A DNA stretch of 64,000 nucleotides from Nitrosopumilus sp. (lineage in GTDB: Archaea > Thermoproteota > Nitrososphaeria > Nitrososphaerales > Nitrosopumilaceae): NCBI GenBank assembly GCA_965197525.1, contig OZ240211.1, positions 608,001 through 672,000 on the forward strand, in the 5' to 3' direction. Shown here in pieces: positions 18,966-28,795 of this stretch. The position numbers were made by a program, and so were the translations under genes. The stretch's first letter is position 1. The number at the start of each line of letters is the position of its first letter. The notes beneath the pieces are model-generated. The model had not been told where the DNA came from. It saw only the letters and a list, made by a program, of their open reading frames with translations, and ran no database searches.

Positions 18966-19667
18966 TCATACTAGATGTACAATAGTAGATACACCCCTCT
19001 TATCAAACTCGACATCATTTTCAACCTCACATAAAGTTACGGTAAAGGAAATGACATCACGGGGTTTGCCCTTTTGTGCATCAAGTTTTAGATGTATATC
19101 CAGTGATTCAGATGGAAGCGTGAGAAGATCAGTCTCGTCAATGTATGCATCACAAGTAGATTCAATTCTGAACCTGTCATCTTTGAAATGGAATCCTAAT
19201 TGCATCTTTCTCCCATTTCTGCCATTCCCCTTAACATTTACATCAATAATTCCGGGGCGTGTTTCAGTGTAACCTGCTCTATGATTTACAAATATTCCTA
19301 TCTCAAGAGGTTTGCCAGCAGTGGATTCTGCCATCTTTTGGATACCGTCATTCATGACAACATCTACTGCCTTGATTGATTGAGCGACTTTTGCTATCCA
19401 TTCGTTTGTTCTAGTTATAGTGGCACGTATACCCGCCCGTCGTCTCTTATCCTCATCTTCAGGTAATTTGTAATAGTCAACCCATGCCTCATAGTCATGG
19501 GAGATATCCTCAATAAAATCAATACATGTGCGCCTGTACTCGTCAACATTGTCGGTTCTCTCAGATGCGTCATCAGTCCTCATCCCATCATAGTCCATAG
19601 GCATTGCCATACCCAAAATAGTATACAGGTCTAAAAAAACTAATCTGTGAGGTGTTGCATGCACCAA
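18966..19667 (-). CDS. Hypothetical protein
   Basis: 233-aa ORF with protein-like composition; true start uncertain. Confidence 0.65.
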   Translation of the reverse strand: MVHATPHRLVFLDLYTILGMAMPMDYDGMRTDDASERTDNVDEYRRTCIDFIEDISHDYEAWVDYYKLPEDEDKRRRAGIRATITRTNEWIAKVAQSIKAVDVVMNDGIQKMAESTAGKPLEIGIFVNHRAGYTETRPGIIDVNVKGNGRNGRKMQLGFHFKDDRFRIESTCDAYIDETDLLTLPSESLDIHLKLDAQKGKPRDVISFTVTLCEVENDVEFDKRGVSTIVHLV

Positions 19668-19716
19668 CTAGCATTACAAGATTAATGATTATAAGAGGAA
19701 TTCTTCAAAGTAAGAT

Positions 19717-20199
19717 ATGATATTCTCAGAGCTAGTTGAAGATTTACAGGCTCAACTAAAGAGAGATATGGCACAGATAACATTCCTTGTAAAAAAGAAT
19801 CCAGGAATGGGATATTCTAGAATAGTGGAGATTGGGAAAAAAGTTGGCAGACTATACAACATCAAACTGATTGTAAACTTTCCAAAAGAAGGAAGAATAA
19901 ACGAGTTTGAGATGTATGGCAGACGGGACCTGAGTTTAATCATAGACTATGACAAGAAGAGATTTCCAATAGACAGAAAAGTAATCAAAGAAAAGGCAGT
20001 AGAGATGCTAGGGAGTCATATCAAAACCGAAGATGCATACATGTATGAGAACAAAGAAGGAGTTCGAGTATCCACAGATGATTGGAAGATAGACATTCTA
20101 CCTCATTCAGTACATATTTGGACAGAGTTTGACGAAAATGTGACCAAGTTTTGTAACTGGTTGTTAGAGAATGTATATCTATTAAAGAGTATAAGATAA
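19717..20199 (+). CDS. Hypothetical protein
   Basis: 160-aa ORF with protein-like composition. Confidence 0.7.
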   Translation: MIFSELVEDLQAQLKRDMAQITFLVKKNPGMGYSRIVEIGKKVGRLYNIKLIVNFPKEGRINEFEMYGRRDLSLIIDYDKKRFPIDRKVIKEKAVEMLGSHIKTEDAYMYENKEGVRVSTDDWKIDILPHSVHIWTEFDENVTKFCNWLLENVYLLKSIR

Positions 20200-20201
20200 G
20201 C

Positions 20202-20561
20202 TCAGAGATCTTCTAACGTTTCTAGTAGTTCTTGCGCCTCGGAATTCTTAGGCTGTATCTGTAATATACGTCTACAACAATCAAGTGCTTGATCTTTTTG
20301 CTCTAAGGCAAGATGTACATTAGTTTTAAGAGTCAGTGTCTCAACATCATTATTATCTAATTCAAACGCCTTCTCAAAATAAGGTAATGCACGTTTGGCA
20401 TCCTCGACGATAAAAAATATGCTCCCCATGATAAACATAAAGTCATGATCGTCAGCATACTTGGGTTCCAAGCTCCTGCCAAGTGCTACTGCTTGATCGT
20501 ACTCGCCATCTTTGAGTAATTTTTTTAGACGGCGTTTGGGATGTTTAAAGAGACCTACCAT
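20202..20561 (-). CDS. TPR-repeat protein
   Basis: Helical repeats such as ALPYFEKAFELD and ALDCCRRILQIQP. Confidence 0.8.
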   Translation of the reverse strand: MVGLFKHPKRRLKKLLKDGEYDQAVALGRSLEPKYADDHDFMFIMGSIFFIVEDAKRALPYFEKAFELDNNDVETLTLKTNVHLALEQKDQALDCCRRILQIQPKNSEAQELLETLEDL

Positions 20562-20605
20562 ATCAGAGTACTAATTTTGTAGTTCATGCATCAATTTGAA
20601 TGTAA

Positions 20606-22084
20606 TTAGGAAGAAGAAGAAGAGCCAAGAACAATTATCCCATTTTCTACAAGGAATTGAATTCCAGAAACGAACGAGTCATCATCCAAGAGGCCTTCTG
20701 CCCACCATCCAGCATTGGTCTTCACCCAAGAAGGAATACTGGTATCGGCTGTATCACTAGTAGTGCCTTGAGATGTTTCAGGTATCTGCATAATGCCATT
20801 ATCAATAAGATAGACAATTCCGTTTATAAACGAGGAATCATCCAAGAGGCCTTCTGCCCACCATCCAGCATTGGTCTTCACCCAAGAAGGAATAGCAGTT
20901 GTTTGAGAAGCAGGGGCGTCATCATTGGGAAAGATCTCAATTTCCATTTGTAGATAATCAGGAACATCTGATGGAACAATTCCTATACGTGCTAGACCAT
21001 GTACCCATATCACATAGTTGGCAGTGCCCGGATCCTCCATTACAGGAAACGTAACAAGGGCCTGTCCTGATGGAGAATAAAGAAATGGTCTACCCTCTTC
21101 TTGCGCAATCGATCTTAATGGGTTTAAATCATCATCAACAACTAAAAAGTCGTATTGAACTTGGTTCAAAAACTCGGTCTCGTCACTGAATTTGAGGAAT
21201 TTTATCAACCAATACATCTCACAACCTTGAACTGGATCTTCAGGACCATAAAATGCATGTATTTGATATTGGAAGTTCTTTGTAGATTTTTTTATGGTAA
21301 CATCTTTTGTCGGATCTACATCGCAGCCAGATGCTACAAATTGGTCAGTAGTCGAGATGACTTCTGCAAATGGATCTTCAGTCACGTTTTCTTTATAGTC
21401 TAGTAACTCAAACTCGTACTCTATTGGAGGAATTCCCTCTGAAACATGAGTATATGTCAAAGCACGAATTGGGAATGGGAAATCATCTACAACCCATATT
21501 TTGCTTTCATATCCACCAGTTCTCCAACCCACTATGACAGCCTCCCAGGTACCAGCAGGAACAGTAACAACCTCAATTGCTTGGGGAGCTACCTGTTCCC
21601 CACCAATATTTGCAATCTTTCCCCAAGATATTGCACGGAACTCTTTTGGACCTTTTCCAGAACCAACTTCTGATGTTGCAAACGAGGATAGCCAACCCAC
21701 AGAGGATTTAAACGCACCACGATAAGGACCCAACTCATCGCTGCCGCCACTAGGCTCAGTAGCAACTTTTGATAGATGTAAATCTCCCACAATACGTTTA
21801 TTGCCATCATAAACTACAGCTTTTGCGAGCCATTGTGTTTCAGTACCAACTTGTATGTCGCCTTTAATCCATAAATCTAGATAAAATGTAGAGCATTCGT
21901 CATGATCTACATGACACATTCTATAAGAGAAAAAGTCACCGTGTTTGAGACCTTCGCCTGTATACCACGTCCCATCTTTGTCAACACCTCCTGATTGGAA
22001 TTGGGCATATGCGGTAGGAACTAGTAATGAGCCCAATAACAACACAGCGACAACTGCAGAGATAGATAGTGTAATTTGATTCAA
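20606..22084 (-). CDS. Secreted protein with two C-terminal IPxWVKxNAGWW thaumarchaeal surface-anchor-like repeats
   Basis: Signal peptide and duplicated IPSWVKTNAGWWAEGLLDD..F..GI.(Y/F)L..NGI. Confidence 0.8.
   Translation of the reverse strand: MNQITLSISAVVAVLLLGSLLVPTAYAQFQSGGVDKDGTWYTGEGLKHGDFFSYRMCHVDHDECSTFYLDLWIKGDIQVGTETQWLAKAVVYDGNKRIVGDLHLSKVATEPSGGSDELGPYRGAFKSSVGWLSSFATSEVGSGKGPKEFRAISWGKIANIGGEQVAPQAIEVVTVPAGTWEAVIVGWRTGGYESKIWVVDDFPFPIRALTYTHVSEGIPPIEYEFELLDYKENVTEDPFAEVISTTDQFVASGCDVDPTKDVTIKKSTKNFQYQIHAFYGPEDPVQGCEMYWLIKFLKFSDETEFLNQVQYDFLVVDDDLNPLRSIAQEEGRPFLYSPSGQALVTFPVMEDPGTANYVIWVHGLARIGIVPSDVPDYLQMEIEIFPNDDAPASQTTAIPSWVKTNAGWWAEGLLDDSSFINGIVYLIDNGIMQIPETSQGTTSDTADTSIPSWVKTNAGWWAEGLLDDDSFVSGIQFLVENGIIVLGSSSSS
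20681..20894. repeat. 58-bp identical direct repeat
   Basis: 20681-20738 is identical to 20837-20894. Confidence 0.85.
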
Positions 22085-22199
22085 TGATAATATAAAATAC
22101 TAACTAAATAGTTAAAAACCTTATCAAGGTTTCTCAAAATAAATAATAAATTTTTCTGTAAATAAGCAAATATAGAGGAAAAAGTACAGAAATTCAGTA

Positions 22200-22367
22200 A
22201 TGTGCGATTGTTCAAAAGTTCACTTGTTTGAGGTAGAGTTCAAGCTTGATGGCATGATAGTAGTTCCAACCCATAAGAATTGCGGATTTGCACTAGATGA
22301 AAAACAATCAGAAAAATTCCAAAAAGAACTAGTAAAATCATGGGGTATGGAGACCGAGGACGAATAG
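22200..22367 (+). CDS. 55-aa microprotein with CxC and HxxC motifs (not in the ORF track)
   Basis: MCDCSKVHLFEVEFKLDGMIVVPTHKNCGFALDEKQSEKFQKELVKSWGMETEDE. Confidence 0.65.
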   Translation: MCDCSKVHLFEVEFKLDGMIVVPTHKNCGFALDEKQSEKFQKELVKSWGMETEDE

Positions 22368-22545
22368 TACCACGTATTATTATTATTATTATTATCGTCA
22401 TCAGATCTAAATACTGTTAATTACAAGATAGGACAGGTAGAATCAGTAATCAAAAACAAGGAATAGTAACCGTGAACATAAAACGACGTATTTTGATAAC
22501 AGTCAGTCACAATTAAAAAATAAAAAATAGACAGTAACCATCAAA

Positions 22546-22689
22546 CTACATTTGTCCGACAGCTTCTGAGCAAACGCTAGTTTTGCATTTGCAATCTGCA
22601 CTACAGATGCAATGACTTTGCATTGCACAATCGCATTCATAATCTGGATCGCCGCTATCAGCTTCGCATCCACATGCTTGATCTACCAT
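22546..22689 (-). CDS. 47-aa Cys-rich metallothionein-like microprotein (not in the ORF track)
   Basis: MVDQACGCEADSGDPDYECDCAMQSHCICSADCKCKTSVCSEAVGQM: 9 Cys, including four CxC motifs. Confidence 0.7.
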   Translation of the reverse strand: MVDQACGCEADSGDPDYECDCAMQSHCICSADCKCKTSVCSEAVGQM

Positions 22690-22762
22690 ACCTGATCTCT
22701 AATTCTCTTATTTTAAAAGGTTATCGTACGCTAGAATATGACCTTGATTCATACCTCTAAAA

Positions 22763-23650
22763 TTAGATATCATAGATAGTTTTAAGAATAAAAGAGCAGG
22801 ACTCTTGTAAAAGGTCTGATTGACGCAAAAGAAGATTCAGATCACCCTCTACATCAAAAGCGGTAGTTAGAATATAGGATAAATCTTCATTATGATGCAG
22901 ATTGTCTTTGATATTTACAAAATTTTCCTTGTTGATACAGCACAGGTAGAGATAACAGTCAGAAAACATTGAATTTTTTACAAAAAAATCATATTTTTGT
23001 TGAATGATTTGAGAGTAATTATGGTTATTTCCCACAAGATCAGAGAAGCCGATCGTCGATTTTAACATACGGGAGAGGGATACAGTACTGGCTCGTTCAA
23101 ATCCCACTGTCAGGGTAACAGTAGAGATGTGTTGGTTTAGAGGAGTATCAGGCAATCCTCGAAGCAGTGCAAGCATATGAGAAGGGCTAGGATATTGATG
23201 ACTGACTGACAGTATGGCAGATGCAAGATAAATAATTGCACATTTTTGCCAACATGAGGCAAAAACGGGAGATGTTTTGACTAGTTGTTTGGTTCTCTGA
23301 GAACAAAATTGAGACTCTATCAGGCAGTTTTTTGCAAAATCAGTAAATAACAAAGATGATTTTTTACGTAGTTTTGAGAGCAGCATATGCAGACTCCAAG
23401 ATTCGTCACAGATGATTTGTAGTTGGGTGTATCCTAAAAGTCTCTTTGGCAGAATATCAGAGAATGATGCATGATGAATAGTAACAAACTCGTTATCAAA
23501 TTTTATCACATCAGGACTGTCTGAGTTTTCATCAAAAACAACAACGTCATAGTCGCAAGCATCAAAGGAGAGATTAGTGGTTCTGCAACCACTTAATCCG
23601 ACTGAAAAACGAGCTAGTCCAGAATCAGTTACAAACTTTTCAATATTCAT
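22763..23650 (-). CDS. Hypothetical protein, possibly nucleotidyltransferase-fold
   Basis: G.SGCR and DACDYDVVVF resemble a minimal nucleotidyltransferase GS/DxD signature. Confidence 0.6.
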   Translation of the reverse strand: MNIEKFVTDSGLARFSVGLSGCRTTNLSFDACDYDVVVFDENSDSPDVIKFDNEFVTIHHASFSDILPKRLLGYTQLQIICDESWSLHMLLSKLRKKSSLLFTDFAKNCLIESQFCSQRTKQLVKTSPVFASCWQKCAIIYLASAILSVSHQYPSPSHMLALLRGLPDTPLNQHISTVTLTVGFERASTVSLSRMLKSTIGFSDLVGNNHNYSQIIQQKYDFFVKNSMFSDCYLYLCCINKENFVNIKDNLHHNEDLSYILTTAFDVEGDLNLLLRQSDLLQESCSFILKTIYDI

Positions 23651-24017
23651 ACATGAACTAAAAAGTATTTTCTATAAATGAATTTACAAATTGTGCTACA
23701 GGATATCTTGTAGAGGGTATGCAATTTTAAAAAAATGGTATCTATCAAATATTGGGAAAAGAGAAATGAAAAACTATAACAAATGCAGGTGGATTGATGA
23801 TTGATTAGACTAGGAACGCGTAAGAGGTTGGTCCATAACGCGTCAAATAACTCATCAGCAGGGTTCAATCCTTGTTTTTGCCATGTCAGCATATATGAGA
23901 AACACGAGATAGAATACAATAAAGAGTATAGATACGCACAAAAACAAGATCAGAAATATACCATATGCCATAGATAAAACATTTCCTTTAAATTAAGATT
24001 GAATTTATTTTTATCAA

Positions 24018-24092
24018 GCTCCTATAGTGTAGTCCGGTTAAGCATTTTGGCTTCTCAAGCCAAAGACTCGGGTTCAAATCCCGATGGGAGCA
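24018..24092 (+). tRNA. tRNA-Glu(CTC)
   Basis: GCTCCTA/TGGGAGC acceptor, anticodon arm TTGGC-TTCTCAA-GCCAA, T loop GGTTCAAATCC. Confidence 0.97.
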
Positions 24093-25258
24093 TTATCATA
24101 TATCTGTTCAATGAAGAAACACTTTCAGGACCAGTGCAAATAGGAGTATTAGCTCCAGTCACAGGAGATCTAGCAGATGCAGGGCAGGATATATTAGAAT
24201 ATGCACAAGTGGCAGAAAATGATGTAAATTCATATCTCAGAGAATCAGGCGAGGCGTGGACGATAAATTTGGTAATTGAAGATACAGAAACCAATCCCGA
24301 TGTAGCATTAGAGAAGATAATGTTGTTGGATTCAATGAGAATTACAACAGTTGTAGGACCAGCTACTAGTGCCAATACAGCTGCAGTAAAAGATTATGCT
24401 GACACTAATGATATGTTGATACTGTCTTGTTGCTCGTCTGCTCCATCACTATCGATACCTGGGGACAATGTATACAGAATAGTCCCAGACGACAAGTATG
24501 AAGGAGGAATACTGGCAAGTGTAATAGAAGAACGTGGTATCAAAGTTTTGATTCCCGTATACCGCAACGACACATGGGGCAATGGACTGGTAGAGTCTGT
24601 GAGCAATGCCCTTATAGAATCCGGTGTGACAGTCAAAGAAGGGATACAATACAATCCAGAATCTTTTGACTTTGCCTCATCAGCTGCATTGTTAGAGGGT
24701 ATAGTCCAAGAGGAGTTAAATCTCAATGACCATGACACAGTAGGAGTGTTGCTAGCTAGTTTTAATGAAGGTGCAGAATTCTTGCCACATGCTGCCAAAT
24801 ACGACGTCTTAGACGACATGCTTTGGTTCGGAAGCCCAAGTTTAATTGAGAGCCTCACAGTGACAGATGACTCTGCAGAGATTGCATTTGCAGATGCAGT
24901 AGGTGTTATCTCAGTACTGCCAGCCATAGTTGAGAACCCCACAATACAGAGAGTCAACACAATCATGTAAGAACGGCTTGGAAGAGAACCTATACAATTA
25001 ATGTATGTAGAATATGACGCAGTTTGGATAATGGCACTTGCAATACAAGAGGCTCAGAGTACAAATGCAGACGAGTTGAATAGAATCATAAAACAAGTTT
25101 CTGCATCCTACACCGGAGGTACAGGAAAAATAATCCTAAATGACGCAGGGGATCTTAGTGGTGTTGATTATACTGTATGGGGGATGACAGATAAGAAAGT
25201 AAGCAAGATAGGCAAGTATTCAGCAAGTGATGGCTCGATAGTAATTAATTATCCGTAA
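24093..25258 (+). pseudogene. Branched-chain amino acid ABC substrate-binding protein (LivJ/Peripla_BP_6-like), 5'-truncated with an internal stop
   Basis: IGVLAPVTG, VVGPATS, LSIPGD..YRIVP, then TAA at 24968-24970, and the same frame resumes (YDAVWIMALAI...LNDAGD). No signal peptide or in-frame ATG after the tRNA. Confidence 0.8.
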
Positions 25259-25317
25259 ATGCATATGTAACATTACAGTTTAATCCAAACAATCAGTTAA
25301 AAAACAATTATGCAACA

Positions 25318-25908
25318 CTAGATATCAAAAGTCTCATCCGATCCAAATTTATTCTCATAAAAGTTTATTTTATTAATTTTATAGTAAATGACTTCGCCTC
25401 TCCGCTCGATTACCGCAACTATTGGCTCTTTGCCCATCTGAGTTATCTCTTCAATCTTTTTTTGCATATTACCCATCTTCTCTTGCTGTCCCTCATTAAG
25501 ACCAAAGACAAGAAACTTTGCACCCTTTTCACCATAGTGTCCTCGCTCATAAACCCGAAAATCAGAACCGAATCCAAAGCCGTCTTTTACTACATAGCCT
25601 CGATTACGCAGATCACGATATATCAGAAATTTGGTAAGAATATCAGAATCAGTCTTTTGACATAATCCCATAAAAGAATTAAAATCAATCAGTTTGGCAC
25701 CACTACTACTACTATTGCCCTTCTTGAGAATCAATCTTTTAGTGTATAGAAGATACAGTGTCTCAAACGATTCAAGAAACATCTTTTCTTTTTGAATATC
25801 TCCAAATCCCTTTTGATCTAACTCGTGAATTACAGACTTGTCAGTGACGCATGTTTGGTTTGATACTAGCCTGCCGTCAATTACAAGGGAGGAGAGGGGG
25901 TCATCCAT
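25318..25908 (-). CDS. endA: tRNA-splicing endonuclease subunit
   Basis: FLIYRDLRNRGYVVKDGFGFGSDFRVY. Confidence 0.88.
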   Translation of the reverse strand: MDDPLSSLVIDGRLVSNQTCVTDKSVIHELDQKGFGDIQKEKMFLESFETLYLLYTKRLILKKGNSSSSGAKLIDFNSFMGLCQKTDSDILTKFLIYRDLRNRGYVVKDGFGFGSDFRVYERGHYGEKGAKFLVFGLNEGQQEKMGNMQKKIEEITQMGKEPIVAVIERRGEVIYYKINKINFYENKFGSDETFDI

Positions 25909-26120
25909 ACGTAAGAGAGATTAGATAATTTCAATATAAGTATTAGAAAAAGGCATATCAAAGTTCCATATTACAGAAAAAAAAAGATAGTTTGCTATAA
26001 GATATGCATACTAGATACTAAACAGATGATATTGGCCCAATTTTATCGCATATTCAAGAGATAGATTGATGTAAAACGTGGCTAACCGTTAAAATATGGG
26101 CACGATACCTTGTCAATATC

Positions 26121-26630
26121 ATGCACGGAGCAAACTATAGAGATGGAAGGGGGCAAGTATTTACCCGAAAATCATATATCAAAGGCAAACCTCAGATTAA
26201 AATTGCAAAATTTCAAGGTGGGAAGAGGGGAACATACCAATATTGCGTCCAATTACTGATGAATGAAAAGATACAGATTAGACATATGGCAATCGAGTCA
26301 ACAAGATTGGCTGCAAACAAGACGCTAGAAAAGACAACTGGGGAATCAGGCTATTATTCAAGATTACGAATTTACCCACATAATCTGCTAAGAGAGAACA
26401 AGCAGATTGCCACTGCAGGAGCAGACAGAGTCTCAGAAGGAATGAGGAGGTCTTGGGGCAAGGCAACAAGTTTGGGTGCCAGAGTCAAACAAGGTCAGTG
26501 CATAATGGAACTGTATGTAAATGGAGAGGCACACATGAATGCGGCAAGAAAAGCATTGCACGGAGCATGTGTAAAGTTGCCAGGTACGCCATTAATCAAA
26601 GTGATCGAATGGGACAAGTCGTCACCATAA
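26121..26630 (+). CDS. rpl10e: 50S ribosomal protein uL16 (L10e)
   Basis: YPHNLLRENK and ADRVSEGMRRSWGK. Confidence 0.97.
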   Translation: MHGANYRDGRGQVFTRKSYIKGKPQIKIAKFQGGKRGTYQYCVQLLMNEKIQIRHMAIESTRLAANKTLEKTTGESGYYSRLRIYPHNLLRENKQIATAGADRVSEGMRRSWGKATSLGARVKQGQCIMELYVNGEAHMNAARKALHGACVKLPGTPLIKVIEWDKSSP

Positions 26631-26885
26631 ATTATCTAGATCGTGTTTCTTGCTTGTAAGGAACTCTAAAAACTCGTCGAACTCTTTCTGTGTAGGCTCT
26701 CGATTCAAGATTCTTTTTGATTGATAATAAAATGCGTTATAAATTCGTCCTATAGCTATGCCTCTGGCAAATGAAATGGAATCATCAATATTTGAGAGTG
26801 ATTGAATCAGTTGTCGGAGATCATCTTTGCTAGATAAGATATCTTGAATCTTTTGCTCCAGTTTGTTTAATACTAGTTTGTCCAT
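26622..26885 (-). CDS. Hypothetical protein
   Basis: 87-aa ORF convergent with rpl10e. Confidence 0.65.
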   Translation of the reverse strand: MDKLVLNKLEQKIQDILSSKDDLRQLIQSLSNIDDSISFARGIAIGRIYNAFYYQSKRILNREPTQKEFDEFLEFLTSKKHDLDNLW

Positions 26886-27340
26886 AATCTGTATTCGTTG
26901 ACCATGTTTAAAACAGTTTAATATAAAACGATGTTTTGGGAATAATGATTAATTTATAACATTGATTCAAAATACATCAATCATCAAAATTCATGCCGTT
27001 TAGAACATGATAATTAGTTAAGAGAAAGAATAACCGCAGATAGTGTATTTTTTGTAATAGTATAACATATCACGGCGATGTAAGATTTTGGGTTTTAGAT
27101 AGGATCTCAGATGATCAGAAAGAGAGATGTCTGCTAACAAAAATAACTGGTTGGATGTTCTTCCATAGTTTGCCATAATTTACAAGTGCCAAAATGACGC
27201 AACAGATACAAAATAGATGTAATTCAAATCTACAAGATGCAAGTATTTCAATCACACAATTCCGGTAGATTACCACGTGAGGAGATGATCAGGGTACTGA
27301 GAAGCAACGAGCGATAAACAACACAATATCGTAGATTAAG

Positions 27341-28672
27341 GGTTCTGTTGGGCTAACGGGTGTTGACTGCGGAGGATCATGTCAGATTCCACAACCATCA
27401 ACAACACATTGACTACTCGACTTTGACATATCGACTATTCGGATTACCGGTCTGCAGGGTTCCGCCATCGCCGGTTCAAAAACACCGGACTGCGCTTCAT
27501 GTATGCCATCTCTACTATCTCTAAACCTAGGAGACAGTTTGCGTGATATGTTCATGGCAGCGATGATATCCCTGTCCATAAACAAACCGCAATTATTACA
27601 CGATGATTTACGATGTTGTTGCATGTCCTCTTGGAGTCTCTTTCCGCATTGCGGACACTGCGTGCTCGTGTTTTTTGGGTCTACTGTTTTTACAGGTAGC
27701 CCGACCCATTGGGCTTTGTATTCTATTTGTCTTTGTAGTTCAAAGAATTGCCATCCGTTCAATCTACGTCTGTATTTGTTGCCTTGACCGTTTCCTTTTC
27801 CGTACAGTTTTCTAATTCCCTTTAGATTTTCTAGAACAATGACAGCCTTTTTCTTGACTGCATTGTCTACTATGTTTTTTGAGATTCTGTGTATGTACTG
27901 TTTTGTTCTGTTTGACATTCTTCTCTGTTTTTCTTTGTAGAATTGACCTTTCTTTCTTTTGTCGTTTCTACGGAAACCAGATCTGGCATGTATTGTGTTC
28001 TCTTTGATTGAGAGTAACTTGTTGGTTTTGTAGAATGTTACCTCTTCTTCATTTCCGCATGTGACGTTTCTAAGGTTTCTGTCTACTCCTACTGTCTTGG
28101 CGCACTCTATCTCCTGTACTTTTTTTGAAATACAAAGACTGATGTTGAGAGCAGTCAATGAAAACGAGCGCACTGCCAAGGCGGGATCCGACAGTATTTT
28201 TTGAGTATGTTCGTTGAGTAGGATGTTAATTGGATTTCTTGGCTTGTATGGAATTGTGAGTAAGGCGCCGTTGTGTTTTATACGGTAACAATTAGTGATA
28301 AACGGATTTTTGATAATTGGATCTTTTACTTTGAGGCCACGTTTGACTGACTGATCTCTGTTTGCCAGGATGCCAGCAGCTCGTGATATTGCATTGAGTT
28401 TGTATGAAGATAGGATGTCGTAGTGACGTAATTCGTGATAGCATAACATAGACAACCGTTTCATGTTGTGGGTATCTTCCTTTAGCCCTATCTTGATACA
28501 ACGGTTAACCATGTCTGTGAACGTGATCATCATGTCCATTAGGTCAGAGTTTGGTGTATGTTTTTGTGCTATTGACTTTATTGCTCTCAACAAGTATTGT
28601 ACGGTTTAAGGTTATCTATATTTAGTGTTATGGGTATAATTTCTGATCAACACCCGTTAACCCAACAGAACC
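27341..28672 (-). mobile_element. TIR-bounded tnpB element, copy 2 (1332 bp), with 8-bp TSD
   Basis: 26-bp TIRs at 27341-27366 and 28647-28672 (1 mismatch). AGATTAAG lies immediately on both sides (27333-27340 and 28673-28680). Confidence 0.95.
27382..28593 (-). CDS. tnpB: TnpB RNA-guided endonuclease, full length
   Basis: RuvC-I VGVDRN, RuvC-II VLENL, Zn finger TSTQCPQCG...CNNCG, RuvC-III DRDIIAAMNI. Confidence 0.95.
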   Translation of the reverse strand: MLRAIKSIAQKHTPNSDLMDMMITFTDMVNRCIKIGLKEDTHNMKRLSMLCYHELRHYDILSSYKLNAISRAAGILANRDQSVKRGLKVKDPIIKNPFITNCYRIKHNGALLTIPYKPRNPINILLNEHTQKILSDPALAVRSFSLTALNISLCISKKVQEIECAKTVGVDRNLRNVTCGNEEEVTFYKTNKLLSIKENTIHARSGFRRNDKRKKGQFYKEKQRRMSNRTKQYIHRISKNIVDNAVKKKAVIVLENLKGIRKLYGKGNGQGNKYRRRLNGWQFFELQRQIEYKAQWVGLPVKTVDPKNTSTQCPQCGKRLQEDMQQHRKSSCNNCGLFMDRDIIAAMNISRKLSPRFRDSRDGIHEAQSGVFEPAMAEPCRPVIRIVDMSKSSSQCVVDGCGI

Positions 28673-28717
28673 AGATTAAGTATCTTTTAATATCCAAATT
28701 CAGCCTCTAGTATTATT

Positions 28718-28791
28718 GCAGTTATAGTACAGTCTGGTTAGTACTCGTGCTTGCCAAGTACGTGACCCGGGTTCAAATCCCGGTAACTGCA
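28718..28791 (+). tRNA. tRNA-Gly(GCC)
   Basis: GCAGTTA/TAACTGC acceptor, anticodon arm CGTGC-TTGCCAA-GTACG, T loop GGTTCAAATCC. Confidence 0.97.
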
Positions 28792-28795
28792 TTGT

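Noticed and set aside
23647-23919. 90-aa minus-strand ORF
   Set aside because: Atypical composition and no motif; likely spurious.
23999-24970. 323-aa ORF as an intact gene
   Set aside because: Its 5' part reads through tRNA-Glu and the true coding frame continues past the stop, so it is treated as a pseudogene.
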